DNA from: Naegleria gruberi | Lineage: Eukaryota | Strand: one strand, 5' to 3' | Assembly: GCA_000004985.1 (NCBI GenBank) | Contig: GG738875.1 | Length of the DNA stretch: 64,000 nt | Shown here: positions 37,146 to 48,200 of the stretch, piece by piece | Position numbering within the stretch: position 1 is the stretch's first letter | Layout of the letters: every line of letters starts with the position of its first letter | Translations under genes and position numbers: made by a program | Notes under the pieces: model-generated | What the model was told of the DNA's origin: nothing | Database searches by the model: none | The model's input: only the letters and a program-made list of their open reading frames with translations

Positions 37146-38048
37146 ATGGATAAATGTCCAGAAGATGGATTTCTCCTTCCGGAACAAACCAAGGATTTTA
37201 TCTCAAGATCTTTGAGAGGGCAACAAGTAGAGGTGAATGATCAAGAAATTAATGTGATTGAAACTCCACAAGTTGATGAACCAATCACTGTTCAAATTTT
37301 GACACTTGGTGGCTCAGTTTGTCAAGTTAAAACTAACAAGAAGCACTCAATCATCACATTGAAGGAAGAAATTGAGAAGTACATGGATATTCCAGTTGGT
37401 AAACAGTCGCTCTTCTTTAGGAATACAGAATTGGAGAATTACAATAATGGTATGTCAAGAAGAGTGGGAGATTTTGGAATTCAAGATAATGACAAGATCT
37501 ATCTCTCCATTTTAATGAAGGAAATTGATGTTGGAGACAATATCAATGCAGTGAAAGTTAGATTACAATGGAATTGGGTTAATTCTCGTGATTTCTTGGA
37601 TGGAATCGTCTACGTTCTCGATGGAAATAACAACATTACAGCAAGACTCGATTATGATAACAATGTTTCTCCTCTTTGTGGAGAATCAATCTTCCACAAA
37701 GGAGACGATATTGACAATGACAGAAAATTAGGATGTCAAATCATTGGCATGAACCTTGAAAACATTCCAATGTCTGTTCAAACTATTGTCTTTACTTTGA
37801 GCTCATACAGAGCATCTTCTCTCAGCTCCTTCAAGAATCCTCGTGTTCACATCGAAGAGGAAACAAGAGGTCAACCATTGGCTGGTTGTGATACTGATGC
37901 GATTAAATCTCAGGCAATTATTGTTTGTGCTTTTAGAAGATCACAACAAGGATGGAGAATCATTCAAATCAATAGAGAATCTTCAGGCAATGCACAAAAT
38001 GATTCTGCTCTCATAACATCCATTATTGATGTTGTCAGAAATTTGTAG
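37146..38048 (+). CDS. ubiquitin-like (beta-grasp) domain fused to TerD-family domain
   Basis: The N-terminal 'ITVQILTLGGSVCQVKTNKKHSIITLKEEIEKYMDIPVGKQSLFFRNTELEN' has a ubiquitin-fold pattern. The C-terminal half aligns with TerD: 'VKVRLQWNW', 'FLDGIVYVLDG', 'HKGDDIDNDRKLGCQIIGMNLENIPMSVQTIVFTLSSY', and 'QAIIVCAFRRSQQGWRIIQI'. Confidence 0.7.
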   Translation: MDKCPEDGFLLPEQTKDFISRSLRGQQVEVNDQEINVIETPQVDEPITVQILTLGGSVCQVKTNKKHSIITLKEEIEKYMDIPVGKQSLFFRNTELENYNNGMSRRVGDFGIQDNDKIYLSILMKEIDVGDNINAVKVRLQWNWVNSRDFLDGIVYVLDGNNNITARLDYDNNVSPLCGESIFHKGDDIDNDRKLGCQIIGMNLENIPMSVQTIVFTLSSYRASSLSSFKNPRVHIEEETRGQPLAGCDTDAIKSQAIIVCAFRRSQQGWRIIQINRESSGNAQNDSALITSIIDVVRNL

Positions 38049-38059
38049 AATAAACTTTA

Positions 38060-38320
38060 TTAGAAGAAACTAAAAGATGAACCATCTTTGACACCAGAAA
38101 TAACAATATGATCACCATCAAATATTCTCAACTTTTTCAAGCTATCATTAAAACGATCATCACTATTATTAATAGAATCTTGACTTTCCTGTACGTAGAG
38201 ACTCATCTCTGAGCTATTGAGTTTAAATTCGATTCTTGCTGTGGCAGCAACTTCAGAGAGAGTTGTAGTTTCGGCTACTGTGATTTCCTTCTTGGTATTG
38301 TATTCAATCCAAATCTTCAT
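38060..38320 (-). CDS. small stand-alone beta-grasp/ubiquitin-like candidate protein (86 aa)
   Basis: 'MKIWIEYNTKKEITVAETTTLSEVAATARIEFKL...LRIFDGDHIVISGV' shows the beta-beta-alpha-...-beta hydrophobic pattern of a ubiquitin fold. There is no terminal Gly-Gly; it ends '...GVKDGSSFSFF'. It sits tail-to-tail 12 bp from the TerD gene and 94 bp divergent from the E1 gene. Confidence 0.3.
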   Translation of the reverse strand: MKIWIEYNTKKEITVAETTTLSEVAATARIEFKLNSSEMSLYVQESQDSINNSDDRFNDSLKKLRIFDGDHIVISGVKDGSSFSFF

Positions 38321-38413
38321 ATTTTTTATTTATAATTTGCTTGGCAAGCTACGGGTGAATCGTGATTCTATTTGGACCTTTAGGATAATTCACGTTTCGT
38401 ATTTGCGTTTACA

Positions 38414-41400
38414 ATGGGAATCGTGAAACAAAAACATAAAAAAATGTCTGATACGCTCCTTCTCAGTCGTCAATTTAGTGTGTTTGGTGCCAATGAGACT
38501 CATCATATTGAAAACTGCAAGCTTTTGATCATTGGTTGTAATGGATTAGGCAATGAAGTTGGTAAGTTTTGTTTCGTCATTCATTCTCACAACAGTTTTA
38601 TAGCCAAGAACTTGATCATGGCAGGTGTGAAGAATGTTACTCTATTCGATCCGAAGGGTGTAGAATGGAGAGATTTATCAGGTCTTGTAAGTGAGAACAA
38701 TTCCACTTTTTCGAATACTTTTGTTAACATGATTATTCGAAACGTACTACAGACATTTGTTGGTTCGATTACAATGAAAACCAGAGCCAAGATCGTAATG
38801 GATTATTTGAAAGATCTTGCTCCCAAAACAAACATCAAGGAATCAACTGCAAAGACTTTTTCTGCATTATGTCAAGAAAGTTATCTCAGAGAATTCACTT
38901 TTGTTGTTTGTTGTGGTTATCCTCTTTCTTTGAATTCTAAACTTAACGAAACTTGCAGAAAGGTCGGTATACCTTTCCTTTGCTGTGATTCAAAGGGAGT
39001 TTTGAGTTATGTTTTTGAAGATTTGGGTGAAAATTATACCTACATTGTTGATGATGGTAAAACAAATTATGACACCTCAATTCCTATTGTTTCCATTCAA
39101 AAAGTTGAGAATTCTGATAACAAATATCAAATTATGTGTACTTCTACCTTGAGTGATGGGGTTCTTGTTTCATTCCATCAAATTGTTAACAAATCAATGG
39201 GTGAGGTCAGTGTTGAGGCAAAGAATGACAAGTCAATTGAAACTTCTGAGCATCTTAAAGAAGAATCTATTGATAAGGCTGCAACAACGTCTTCTGCCCC
39301 TGAAGTGAGTAATGAAGGGGAAGTTGAAACTGAAAAGCAAGAAAACATTCCACTTGAACAAACAAAACAAAACGAATCCAATATGAATCCTCAAAATTCC
39401 CAAGTCGAAGAAGAGGTGAACATGATGGAAATTCAAGAAAAATCACACCACCTCCTCGTGAAGAACTATTGGTCCAAAAATCATTCAATCTTCCTACTGG
39501 AAAGTTTAAAATTTCCAACTCTTCCAAGAACTGCTTTACAATTGAATGTGAAGATGAAATTAATCCTGAATGTTATGAAGGAGGATGTTTCTTGAAATTG
39601 GTACGAGAACAAAAAAGTGTTTCCTTTGTAAGTAGTTTTGAGTTTTTTCATGTTCAATTTGACAATGTTAATTAGAAACCATTGGAAGAATTGATTAATC
39701 ATTCCAAGGACAGTTTCTTTTACAATAGAAGAAAGCCAATTGACAATTTACAACTAATGTGCTTGAAAGTATATGATATCTTTGTTCAAGAAAATGGACG
39801 TTCTCCACTTCCATGGAACACTAAAGATTGTACTCAATGCAAGGATTTATCAATTCAGCTTATCAATTCCTATATTAATAATGATATCGTTGAAGACCTC
39901 AAAGGTTTAGAAAGCAAAGCAGAGCTATTCTTTAATACAAGCCAGCAAATATTGCACCATTGAATGCCATGGTTGGTGGTCTAGTTGCCCAAGAAACCTT
40001 GAAATCCATCTCCAGAAAGTACACTCCTCTCAAAGATGATCGAGCCCTTAATCAATTCCTTTTCATTGACAACTTTAATTTGGGTGATACTTTGGAAGAA
40101 TCAATAATGAAGGAAAATGTTCAAAATCTTAGAGGAACAATCTATGAAGGTGTTTCCCCACTTCTTACTGAGAGGGCAATTTCACATTTGAACGGAATGA
40201 ATGTTCTTGTGGCTGGTGCAGGTGCTGTTGGTTGTGAGGTTTTGAAAAATCTCTCTTCCATGATGGTGAGCACAAACAAGAACTCTTCGATTCATGTAGT
40301 TGACTATGATCGTGTTGCTCCTTCAAATCTCCACAGACAAATTTTATTTAGAGATTCAGATGCCAAATTAATGGAATTTAAGGCTATTGCTGCGAGTAGA
40401 AAGCTCAAGCAAATGAATCCAGATTTGAATTTGATTGCCAAAACTGAGAAATTATGCTATGAGAGTGAAGAGACTGAATTTCCTGAACAATTCTGGCAGA
40501 ATGTCAATGTCATCTTTTCATGTGTTGATAGCAAGGATGCAAGAGGTTATTTAAGCGATAAAGCTCAAATCCTTCACATTCCCATGATTGAAGGTGGTAC
40601 TGAGGGATCTAAAGGTTCCTCTCTCATCATTCACGAACAAGTTGCAGGTTATGGATCCTACATGAATCTGAATGCTTCAAGAGAGGAGGAAGTTGTAATC
40701 AATAATGCATGTATTCCATCCTTTGCAATTTATAAACCAGAGCAAGCCATAAGAAAGGCAGTAGAACTTTTCACATGGTTCTTTAAGGAAAATGTTGAAG
40801 TTGTGAATTTGCTTGGCAAACATGATCTTTCTGATGAGAAGGTTAAAGAAAATTATGAAATGTATAGAGATGGTCTTGAGAAACCAGAAAAAATGTCCAG
40901 ACAACTCTTTAATATATTGTTTGAGGAACAAATTAATGAAGCTGCTGCCAAATATAATGAAATCAATGAGAAGGGTAAGTTGTAAAATGTTGGAATTGTT
41001 CATAACCAAACTATTCGAAAGATGATGTCAAATTATTGTTGAGAAAACCACCCATTCAAGAAAAATTCAATGCTCATGACGAATCCCATTTAAGATTCCT
41101 CAAAGCATCCAATGCTATCATTAAGGAATTTAAAATCAAAAAGAAAAAGCTCACACCTATCCATTTTGAGAAAGATGAGGATTCTCATTTGGAATGGATT
41201 GTTTCCTGCTCTATTCTATTGTCCAAATGTTATGGAATATTCCATAATGGAGAGAGAGAATTTGTTAGAAGAGTTGCTGGACAAATTATCCCTGCCATCA
41301 TTACAACCACTTCAATGGTCTCAGGTTTCATGTGTCTCAATTTGTTCAAGTATGTCCAGACTGGATATAAGAATCTCAGTAATTTGGATTTTAATACTGC

Positions 41401-42740
41401 AAGTAATGGATATAGTTTCCATCATTGTGTTCAAAAACTGAAGAGTCCAGTCCCTGGAAAGTTAATTTCCAACTTTGAAACAGTTTCAGATTTTGTAATT
41501 TATCCTTCCACAACAATTACTGAATGGGTTGACTTTGTAAAGAGAAAGTATGAAATTGGAGTTGAAAAGATAACAATCTATCCAAAGTTTGATGTTTATG
41601 ACTTTGGATCTCTTCCATGGGGTGAAACGTAAGTTATTTGCAGGCAATCTGATTTTATATTCGAAACCATTTCTAGATTTTATGAAACTTTCAGCAAGAA
41701 TAGAACAATGCAAAAGAAAGAATGGATTACCCTCATCAGTGAGACATACATTGATGGTTTTCCATACAGTTTCAAAACTCAAGTCAGAGTTTCTGTTCCA
41801 CTCAAACTGCAAAATGTTGAAGGATCGTGTTATTTGAATTCTGCATTGCAAGTTTTGCATTCATGTCATGAATTTGTTGAGCAATTGAGAAATAGCTCAC
41901 CAACAACACCTGTTGCAAAGGTTTTGAAATCTGTTTTTGAGGATAACTTTTCAAGAGTAAGTTTTTTCTTAATTCATGTTAATTTGAACCCAAAAAGTCC
42001 AAAATTAATGAACTCAGACGATTGACAAACAGATCAGACAAATATTCAGGAGATACACCAGTAAGTTTTTTTTGCCTAATCATCATCAAAATATTCTAAA
42101 TAATAATAATATTGACAACTAGAAATATGTGAGATCAATTTTTACTGAAATTTTAGGAGAGGAAGAAATTGATAGTGAACTCATCGATTGTAAACTGGTT
42201 GACTATTTCAGTTGGAAATCTCCTCAAATTTGTGATGTTTGTGAAGAGTGTCAACAGTCTATTAGAGGACCTATCAGACCCATTTCCTCTCAAGTTCTTC
42301 TACTTCAAGGAAATCCAAAAGTTTCCACTGAACAATTACTGAACAATAGTTTCTGTTTCGATTCCAATAACAAGTGTCAATGTGGAGGTAAAATTTTCAG
42401 ACACAAAATATTCCAATCCTGCCCAGAATATCTTCTCTGTGAAATTGAAAATCCACAACAAAAGTGGATTCCAAACAATTCTATCGAAACCAAAGTTTAT
42501 ATTGAAACAGTTGACTGTACTTATGAACTAGTTGGTGGAGCCATTTATAGTGGAAATAGAAGTGGTGGACATTGGAGAGCCTACTCAAAACAAGCTTATG
42601 GTTGGTTTAGTTGTGATGATTCAATGGTTTCCTATATTGGAACAACTATTCCAAGTTCATACTTGTTAGGAAGTGCCTTTGTGGCATATAAGAAAGTTGG
42701 CAATGATCCAACAAATGAAGATGAAATGGTTGATGAATAA
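38414..42740 (+). CDS. canonical two-domain E1 (UBA1/UBA6-like ubiquitin-activating enzyme) fused in-frame, via splicing, to a C-terminal USP-type deubiquitinase domain
   Basis: E1 part: the first Rossmann half reads 'LLIIGCNGLGNEV|AKNLIMAGVKNVTLFD', with a 41-nt GTAAGT intron at 38562..38602. The junction into the second half is 'PLNAMVGGLVAQETLKSISRKYTPL'. The active adenylation half is 'VLVAGAGAVGCEVLKNL...VVDYDRVAPSNLHRQILFRDSD'. A catalytic-Cys candidate is 'NNACIPSF'. The E1 continues with 'FEKDEDSHLEWIVSCSIL...GQIIPAIITTTSMVSGFMCLNLFKYVQ' and a UFD-like end. Fusion point: the E1 ORF's TAA at 41630 is part of the donor 'ac|GTAAGT'. Splicing to the TTTCAG acceptor at about 41685 keeps the frame into 'KNRTMQKKEW...'. 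USP part: the Cys box is 'LQNVEGSCYLNSALQVL', the zinc ribbon is 'ICDVCEEC...CQCGGK', and the His box is 'YELVGGAIYSGNRSGGHWRAYSKQAYGWFSCDDSMVSY'. Unresolved frame shifts are noted at about 39440-39470 and about 39935-39960. Confidence 0.7.
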
Positions 42741-42899
42741 ACTAATGTACAATTTATTGACAAACTAATCGAATTGCCTTAGTTTCGTATGATGTTGTCG
42801 GAGAACACTCTCGAACTATATTCATTAATATTCGTACAAAAACTGGAAATTGCTTTTGAAACCAGTTTATTCAACAACAATCAAACTAAACATAAAAAA

Positions 42900-43991
42900 A
42901 TGAGTTTATGTATTGGTGGTTGTGGTTTCTATGGAACACCAGAACGTAGAGGATATTGTTCTTCATGTGAAAAAAAGCATCCGAATAATAATTCAAGTAA
43001 TTTAACAAATGACAGCTTCCAAAAATGGAAAGATGAGCATGATAAACAAAAAGAAGAGGAAGAAATTCTAAAGAAACGTTCTGCTGAATATTTAATTGAA
43101 AATCAACAAAAGAAAGTTCGTAATGAGCCTTGTGTGAAATTTAACATGTCGGAAGTCAGTATGTTGACAGATGGTGGATTATTTGTTGAGATTGTCAAGT
43201 TTTTGGAAGTTTCTGATATGTATCACATTATGCTGGCTTCAAAATCAATGAGTTCATTGGTAAATAATGAGTATATTTGGAAAATTTTATTCGAAAACAA
43301 ATATGGAAATGAGGAGAAACCAATAGTTGGAACTTGTTATGAAAATCTCAGAATGAGAGGAAGGTTTACAAGATCTGAAGTGTCATGGAACTATTTCACT
43401 GAAAATCCATGGGTATTAGAAAAGTTGCTCACCATTAAAATTACCAAAATTGGAAAAATTGGAAATCTCAATTCACCATTGGATCAATTAATTCCTCCCT
43501 CAATTAATAGACAAAACATCACTCAAATAATCAAACATTTATGGCAACCACTCAAAAATGACCTTCCACATCTTATTGAACTACTCACACAAAGAATCAA
43601 AAATCTCCTAGTTGTCAGAGATGAATTATCAAGATGGCATTTGATTTATGTTTTTAAATTACAATCAGAGGATGAAGAGGAAGATGAAGAGGATGAAGAG
43701 GAAAATGTTAGGTTTCTCTCAGGAGGTCTGCCTTACCATCCAGGAAACTCTGGAAATGAATTACAATTTGATTGGTGGGGGAAATGTCCAACCTCTCTGA
43801 AAAGTTTCATGTCAATTCATAATGGATTTGGTGATAATCCAAGTTTGGATTATAGTAAGGGAACTTTTGATAGTTCAGTATTTGTGAATTATCCAAAGTT
43901 TGATGGATTGGAAGTTTTGACGTTTCATCATGGTGCTGATTTGGATCAATGTAAGTATGATAATATTGTAAATTATTGTAATTTTCAATGA
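42900..43991 (+). CDS. A20-type zinc finger + F-box protein
   Basis: The N-terminus 'MSLCIGGCGFYGTPERRGYCSSCEKK' is the A20 zinc-finger pattern C-x2-C-x11-C-x2-C. 'LTDGGLFVEIVKFLEVSDMYHIMLASKSMSSLVNNEYIWKILF' is F-box-like. The protein also has an acidic E/D tract. Confidence 0.55.
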   Translation: MSLCIGGCGFYGTPERRGYCSSCEKKHPNNNSSNLTNDSFQKWKDEHDKQKEEEEILKKRSAEYLIENQQKKVRNEPCVKFNMSEVSMLTDGGLFVEIVKFLEVSDMYHIMLASKSMSSLVNNEYIWKILFENKYGNEEKPIVGTCYENLRMRGRFTRSEVSWNYFTENPWVLEKLLTIKITKIGKIGNLNSPLDQLIPPSINRQNITQIIKHLWQPLKNDLPHLIELLTQRIKNLLVVRDELSRWHLIYVFKLQSEDEEEDEEDEEENVRFLSGGLPYHPGNSGNELQFDWWGKCPTSLKSFMSIHNGFGDNPSLDYSKGTFDSSVFVNYPKFDGLEVLTFHHGADLDQCKYDNIVNYCNFQ

Positions 43992-44191
43992 AATTGTAAA
44001 GGTTTTGTAAGAGATTCAGGAAGTTTAGAACTAGAACCAAAAACTGGTCAGTTCTGGAGAAGATATAAAGGTCGTCCATCACCTGAGATTTCATTTTACA
44101 AATTTATGGATTCGTATTATTCACAAGCTTTTCAAGAATAACCGAAACATATCTATTCACTATCTGGCCATGACATTTTCGCAATAAAAAA

Positions 44192-45193
44192 ATGTCGTTA
44201 ATCATTGATGTTGGTTGCTATCAAACAAAGTTTGGACATTCAGATGAAAATTCACCTAAAATTATTTCAACAACAATTAGTGGAGAAAATCAAGAAGTGG
44301 AATATTTTGTAGATAGTAATGGACAATTAGTATCGGAGAAAGTTGGAGAATTTCTTGAAAATGTTTTTGGAATGGATGAGTATCCGGTTGTGATGAGTGA
44401 AAATCCATCATGGGAAAAGAAATTAGCTGATAAAAACATGTTTGAAATTTTATTCGAAAAGTTTCGAATTCCTTCTGTGAATATTGTTAATGAAGCAGAA
44501 TTAATCATGCTTGAGAATGGAAGAACTAATGGATGTGTTTTAAATTCTGGTCATGGAAATAGTTATGCTGTTGTGGTTCGAGATGGAAAATCTGTAAGTG
44601 AAACATTGGTGACAAGTGAATTGGGTGGACGAAACCTATCCGAATATTTGAAAAAGCTCATTTTGGAGAATAGAGGAATGGATATGAATCAATCTATTGC
44701 ATTCACCAAGTCTCTTACAGAATTGAAGGAAACTTTATGTTTAGTTTCGAATGATTATTCGTATGATATACAGCAAGCAGCAGAATTTGAAGAAAGTTTC
44801 TCCCTTCCAGATGGAAACTCAATAACTGTTGGATTGGAACGTTTCAAATCTTGTGAGGAATTATTTTCTCCTTCTCTCACCGAAACCATTGGTTTTCCAG
44901 AGCTAATTGTCAACTCGATTGACAAGTTGGAATTAGAATGGAGAAGAGACACATTTTCTAATATTGTTTTGGCAGGAGGAACGACAATGATTCCAAGATT
45001 TATGGATAGATTAAAGAGTGGTATTAAAGATTTGATTCCAACTGCCACTCCTGTCAACGTGAGAGGTTATTCCAATAGAATTCATTCAGCTTGGAGAGGA
45101 GGCAAGATATTGGCAAATTTGATGAATGGAAAATCGACATTTGGCATGAATATCAATAGGGAAGAATATGCTGAAAGTAAAAGATTGAATTAG
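44192..45193 (+). CDS. divergent actin-related protein (Arp)
   Basis: Actin-fold signatures are present: 'IIDVGCYQTKFGHSDENSPK' (phosphate-1 loop), 'VLNSGHGNSYAVVV', and 'IVLAGGTTMIPRFMDRLKSGIKDL'. Confidence 0.6.
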   Translation: MSLIIDVGCYQTKFGHSDENSPKIISTTISGENQEVEYFVDSNGQLVSEKVGEFLENVFGMDEYPVVMSENPSWEKKLADKNMFEILFEKFRIPSVNIVNEAELIMLENGRTNGCVLNSGHGNSYAVVVRDGKSVSETLVTSELGGRNLSEYLKKLILENRGMDMNQSIAFTKSLTELKETLCLVSNDYSYDIQQAAEFEESFSLPDGNSITVGLERFKSCEELFSPSLTETIGFPELIVNSIDKLELEWRRDTFSNIVLAGGTTMIPRFMDRLKSGIKDLIPTATPVNVRGYSNRIHSAWRGGKILANLMNGKSTFGMNINREEYAESKRLN

Positions 45194-45203
45194 ATTTTTG
45201 ATT

Positions 45204-48200
45204 CTACTTCTTGTTTTTACAAATACATTGATGGAATATCCAATCTGATAATTGACATTCTCGTGAGCAGTAGTACACTTTTTTACATTCACCACATCTA
45301 CTCTTCACTCCATTTCTTGCACAAAAACAACATCTTGAAGGTTGACTTGTTTTGGCAGGATTGAAAGGTGTGTAATCTTCGGCCTGAAGGTCCGTTGTGC
45401 CTACTTTAAAGGTAATCTTTGAATCCTTTTGAGTGGATAAATGCATTGCAGTAAGCAGGTTTAAACAACCATTTTGAAGGAATGGGTTTGTTCCCATAGA
45501 TTCTTTCATTGCCCAATCTAATAATCCCAAAAATAGAGGATCATTCGTGATTCTAAAATCTTCCATAATATCTGATTTGTAACAAAGTACACCAATTGTG
45601 GATACAAGATTTGCTTTAAGTCTCTCTGGACCAATCAAGCACATTTTTACAAAGTACAACAATCCTCGTTCAGTATTCTTGAGAAGCATGTTTGCTAATT
45701 CTCTGCTTTCACTAGATAGAATTGAGAAGGATTGGGTGCTATGTCTAAATAAAGATACCTGCTCATCACTCAAGTTGTTGGTTTTTGGAGGAATGTGGTG
45801 CTGCACAGCTTTGATTAGTGTTTTAAGAAAATTCTCCTTCTCACTGTCTGACATTGTGCCATAATTAATTACAAAACTAAGAGCACGAATGGAATAATTT
45901 ACGAATTGAGTGTTGTACTTTTGATAATTTTTTAAGTAGCCATACGTTCTCTCCATAATCTTAAATTGTTTTTCAATTTGTTGCCTCATTTCGGGTGGCA
46001 CATTTTGAAGTATTCCGAAAATGACAGCCAAAGAGTTTTCATTTGTTTCCCACACAAGGAATTCCATATTATCAAGATATTCCAAAGCCATTTGAATTCC
46101 TTCCAAATTGTAAACTTCTTGAGGGAAATCCCATGAATAATATTGTACAATATCCATTAGTAATCTAGTAATTTCAGGATCTACAAGTTTGAATCCGGAC
46201 TTGAGATTTTTTTTCAATAGAGAAATAACATGTTCCATACCATTTGCATTATTAAGCATGTAGTGAACGTGATACCTCATCTCATTTTGATTAGCAAATA
46301 GTAGACAAACATCTTTGAATAGAGGGGCACCAAGTTGTTGGATTTTCACATCTTCTTGTATAAGTAAGAAAATTGAGTTATTAATCAAGTGTCCAATTAA
46401 TCCTCCTTCAAGCTTAAGAAGTACCTCTACGTATGATGATCCACCATACCAGTTTCTGATGGATTGGGTTGTTAGTGCAAGTAAGCTTTTCTTTTTGAAT
46501 CTGTCTTTACCAAACATTATCTTGGAGAAGAATTTATCAAAACATTTTTCTTGATTCAGTTTTGATTTGTTATCTTGGCTCATAAACATGAACATGTTAG
46601 AATAGAAAATATTGAGGTAGATAAGATCTTCATCACTAATATCATCAGCATGTTTGATTAACCTGCACCACTCCAGATCAAAATTCATTTTACACAACCT
46701 CTTCATACCTTCCGAGTCGAGTAACAATTCTCCCAATGTATCATCTTTGCAAGATTTTCCGCTGTTAATTGCAGAAATAGCCCTTTCCAATAATATCTTC
46801 ATTTCTTTAGAAAACATGCCATCAGAGAGCTTGTTAAATGTTGTTGAAGTTGGAATGTGTTGATTTAACTGAGACAGATTTTCATCGCCTACAGTATTAG
46901 ATGGAAGGTTGTAAGGCTGAAACATTATATTAGGTTCTGTGCTTGTTGTTTTGTTCTTTTTCTTTTCTATTTTTTTGGAAGCCTGTTCTACAGATTTTCT
47001 AATATTCTCAACATTGTCAAGTACTATTCCGTACCCTCTGACTGCTTTTTCTAAAGCATTGAACGAACTAATATTACCAGTATTTGCAGCAATCTCAATA
47101 CAGTTACATCCTTCTTTAGTTTTTTGCGTCATTAGTAATTGAGCAATCTTAATTTTATCTTTCATATCTTTACTTGTCTTTTCAAAATGGCTGAAAATTG
47201 CATTTACCAGTTCTTCGTTTCCATGAGATGCAACATATATCATAATAGAATTTCCTAAACTGTCTATTAACATAGGATTGGCTCCAACACTCAATAAATA
47301 TAAAACCAATTTTGGTCGATTACTCATACAAGCTGCGTGCAATGGTAAATATTTCACACCATTTGGGACTTGGTTTACATTAATTTTTTGCTTTCTATAT
47401 CCCAAAATCAAGCGAACTATATCCAAATTTCCCTGCAGACAAGCCTGTACCAGAGGTGTTAGCTTTGTAACCTTTTTTTCAATTAACCATGGTATGTTAA
47501 TATCTGGGACAGCTTGACTTTCAAGTAATATTTTCACACATGTTGCATGACCCTCAAATATTGCCATATTCAAAGAATCAGAAGATGGAATTACTTGATT
47601 GTCCAAAAGAATTTGTAAACAATTGGTATTTCCTTTAGAGCACGCCAATGCAGACAAAGTAAATAGCTCTTCATGAAGGTACTGGTTCTTGGATAACGCT
47701 CCAACTTCAATTAATGTCTGTGTGGCTTGAAAGTGGCTATGTGATACACTTACTGATAACGGTGTAAGTTTTGATTCATCTAATAAAAACTGGTCTGCTC
47801 CTAATTCTGTTACAAGAATATCTATTACTTGGGAATGAATACAGTTCTCACAAACAGAATGATCACAGGATGGTTTTCCAATCATACTAAAACCTCCCAT
47901 ATCTTTGGTAATAGGTGAGTTACCACTTGCTGCCAAGTGTAGAGAAGTGCTCCCATAAGAATTTTTCTCATTTACATCCAAATATTCCATAAAATTGTTA
48001 TCAATAAGAAATCTCAAAGAATCCACTGCTCCTGTTTCTGCAATCATATGAAGAAAACCTTGTCCCTTGATTTTAACCTTTGAAATTTCTTCCTTAGTAA
48101 TGATTTTCCCAGTGAAAAGAAATGAATTCAAGATAATTTCCAATGATTCTACAGAATTCCTTGATAGTGAAATAACAAAAGGAGATCCACTTTTTTCCTC

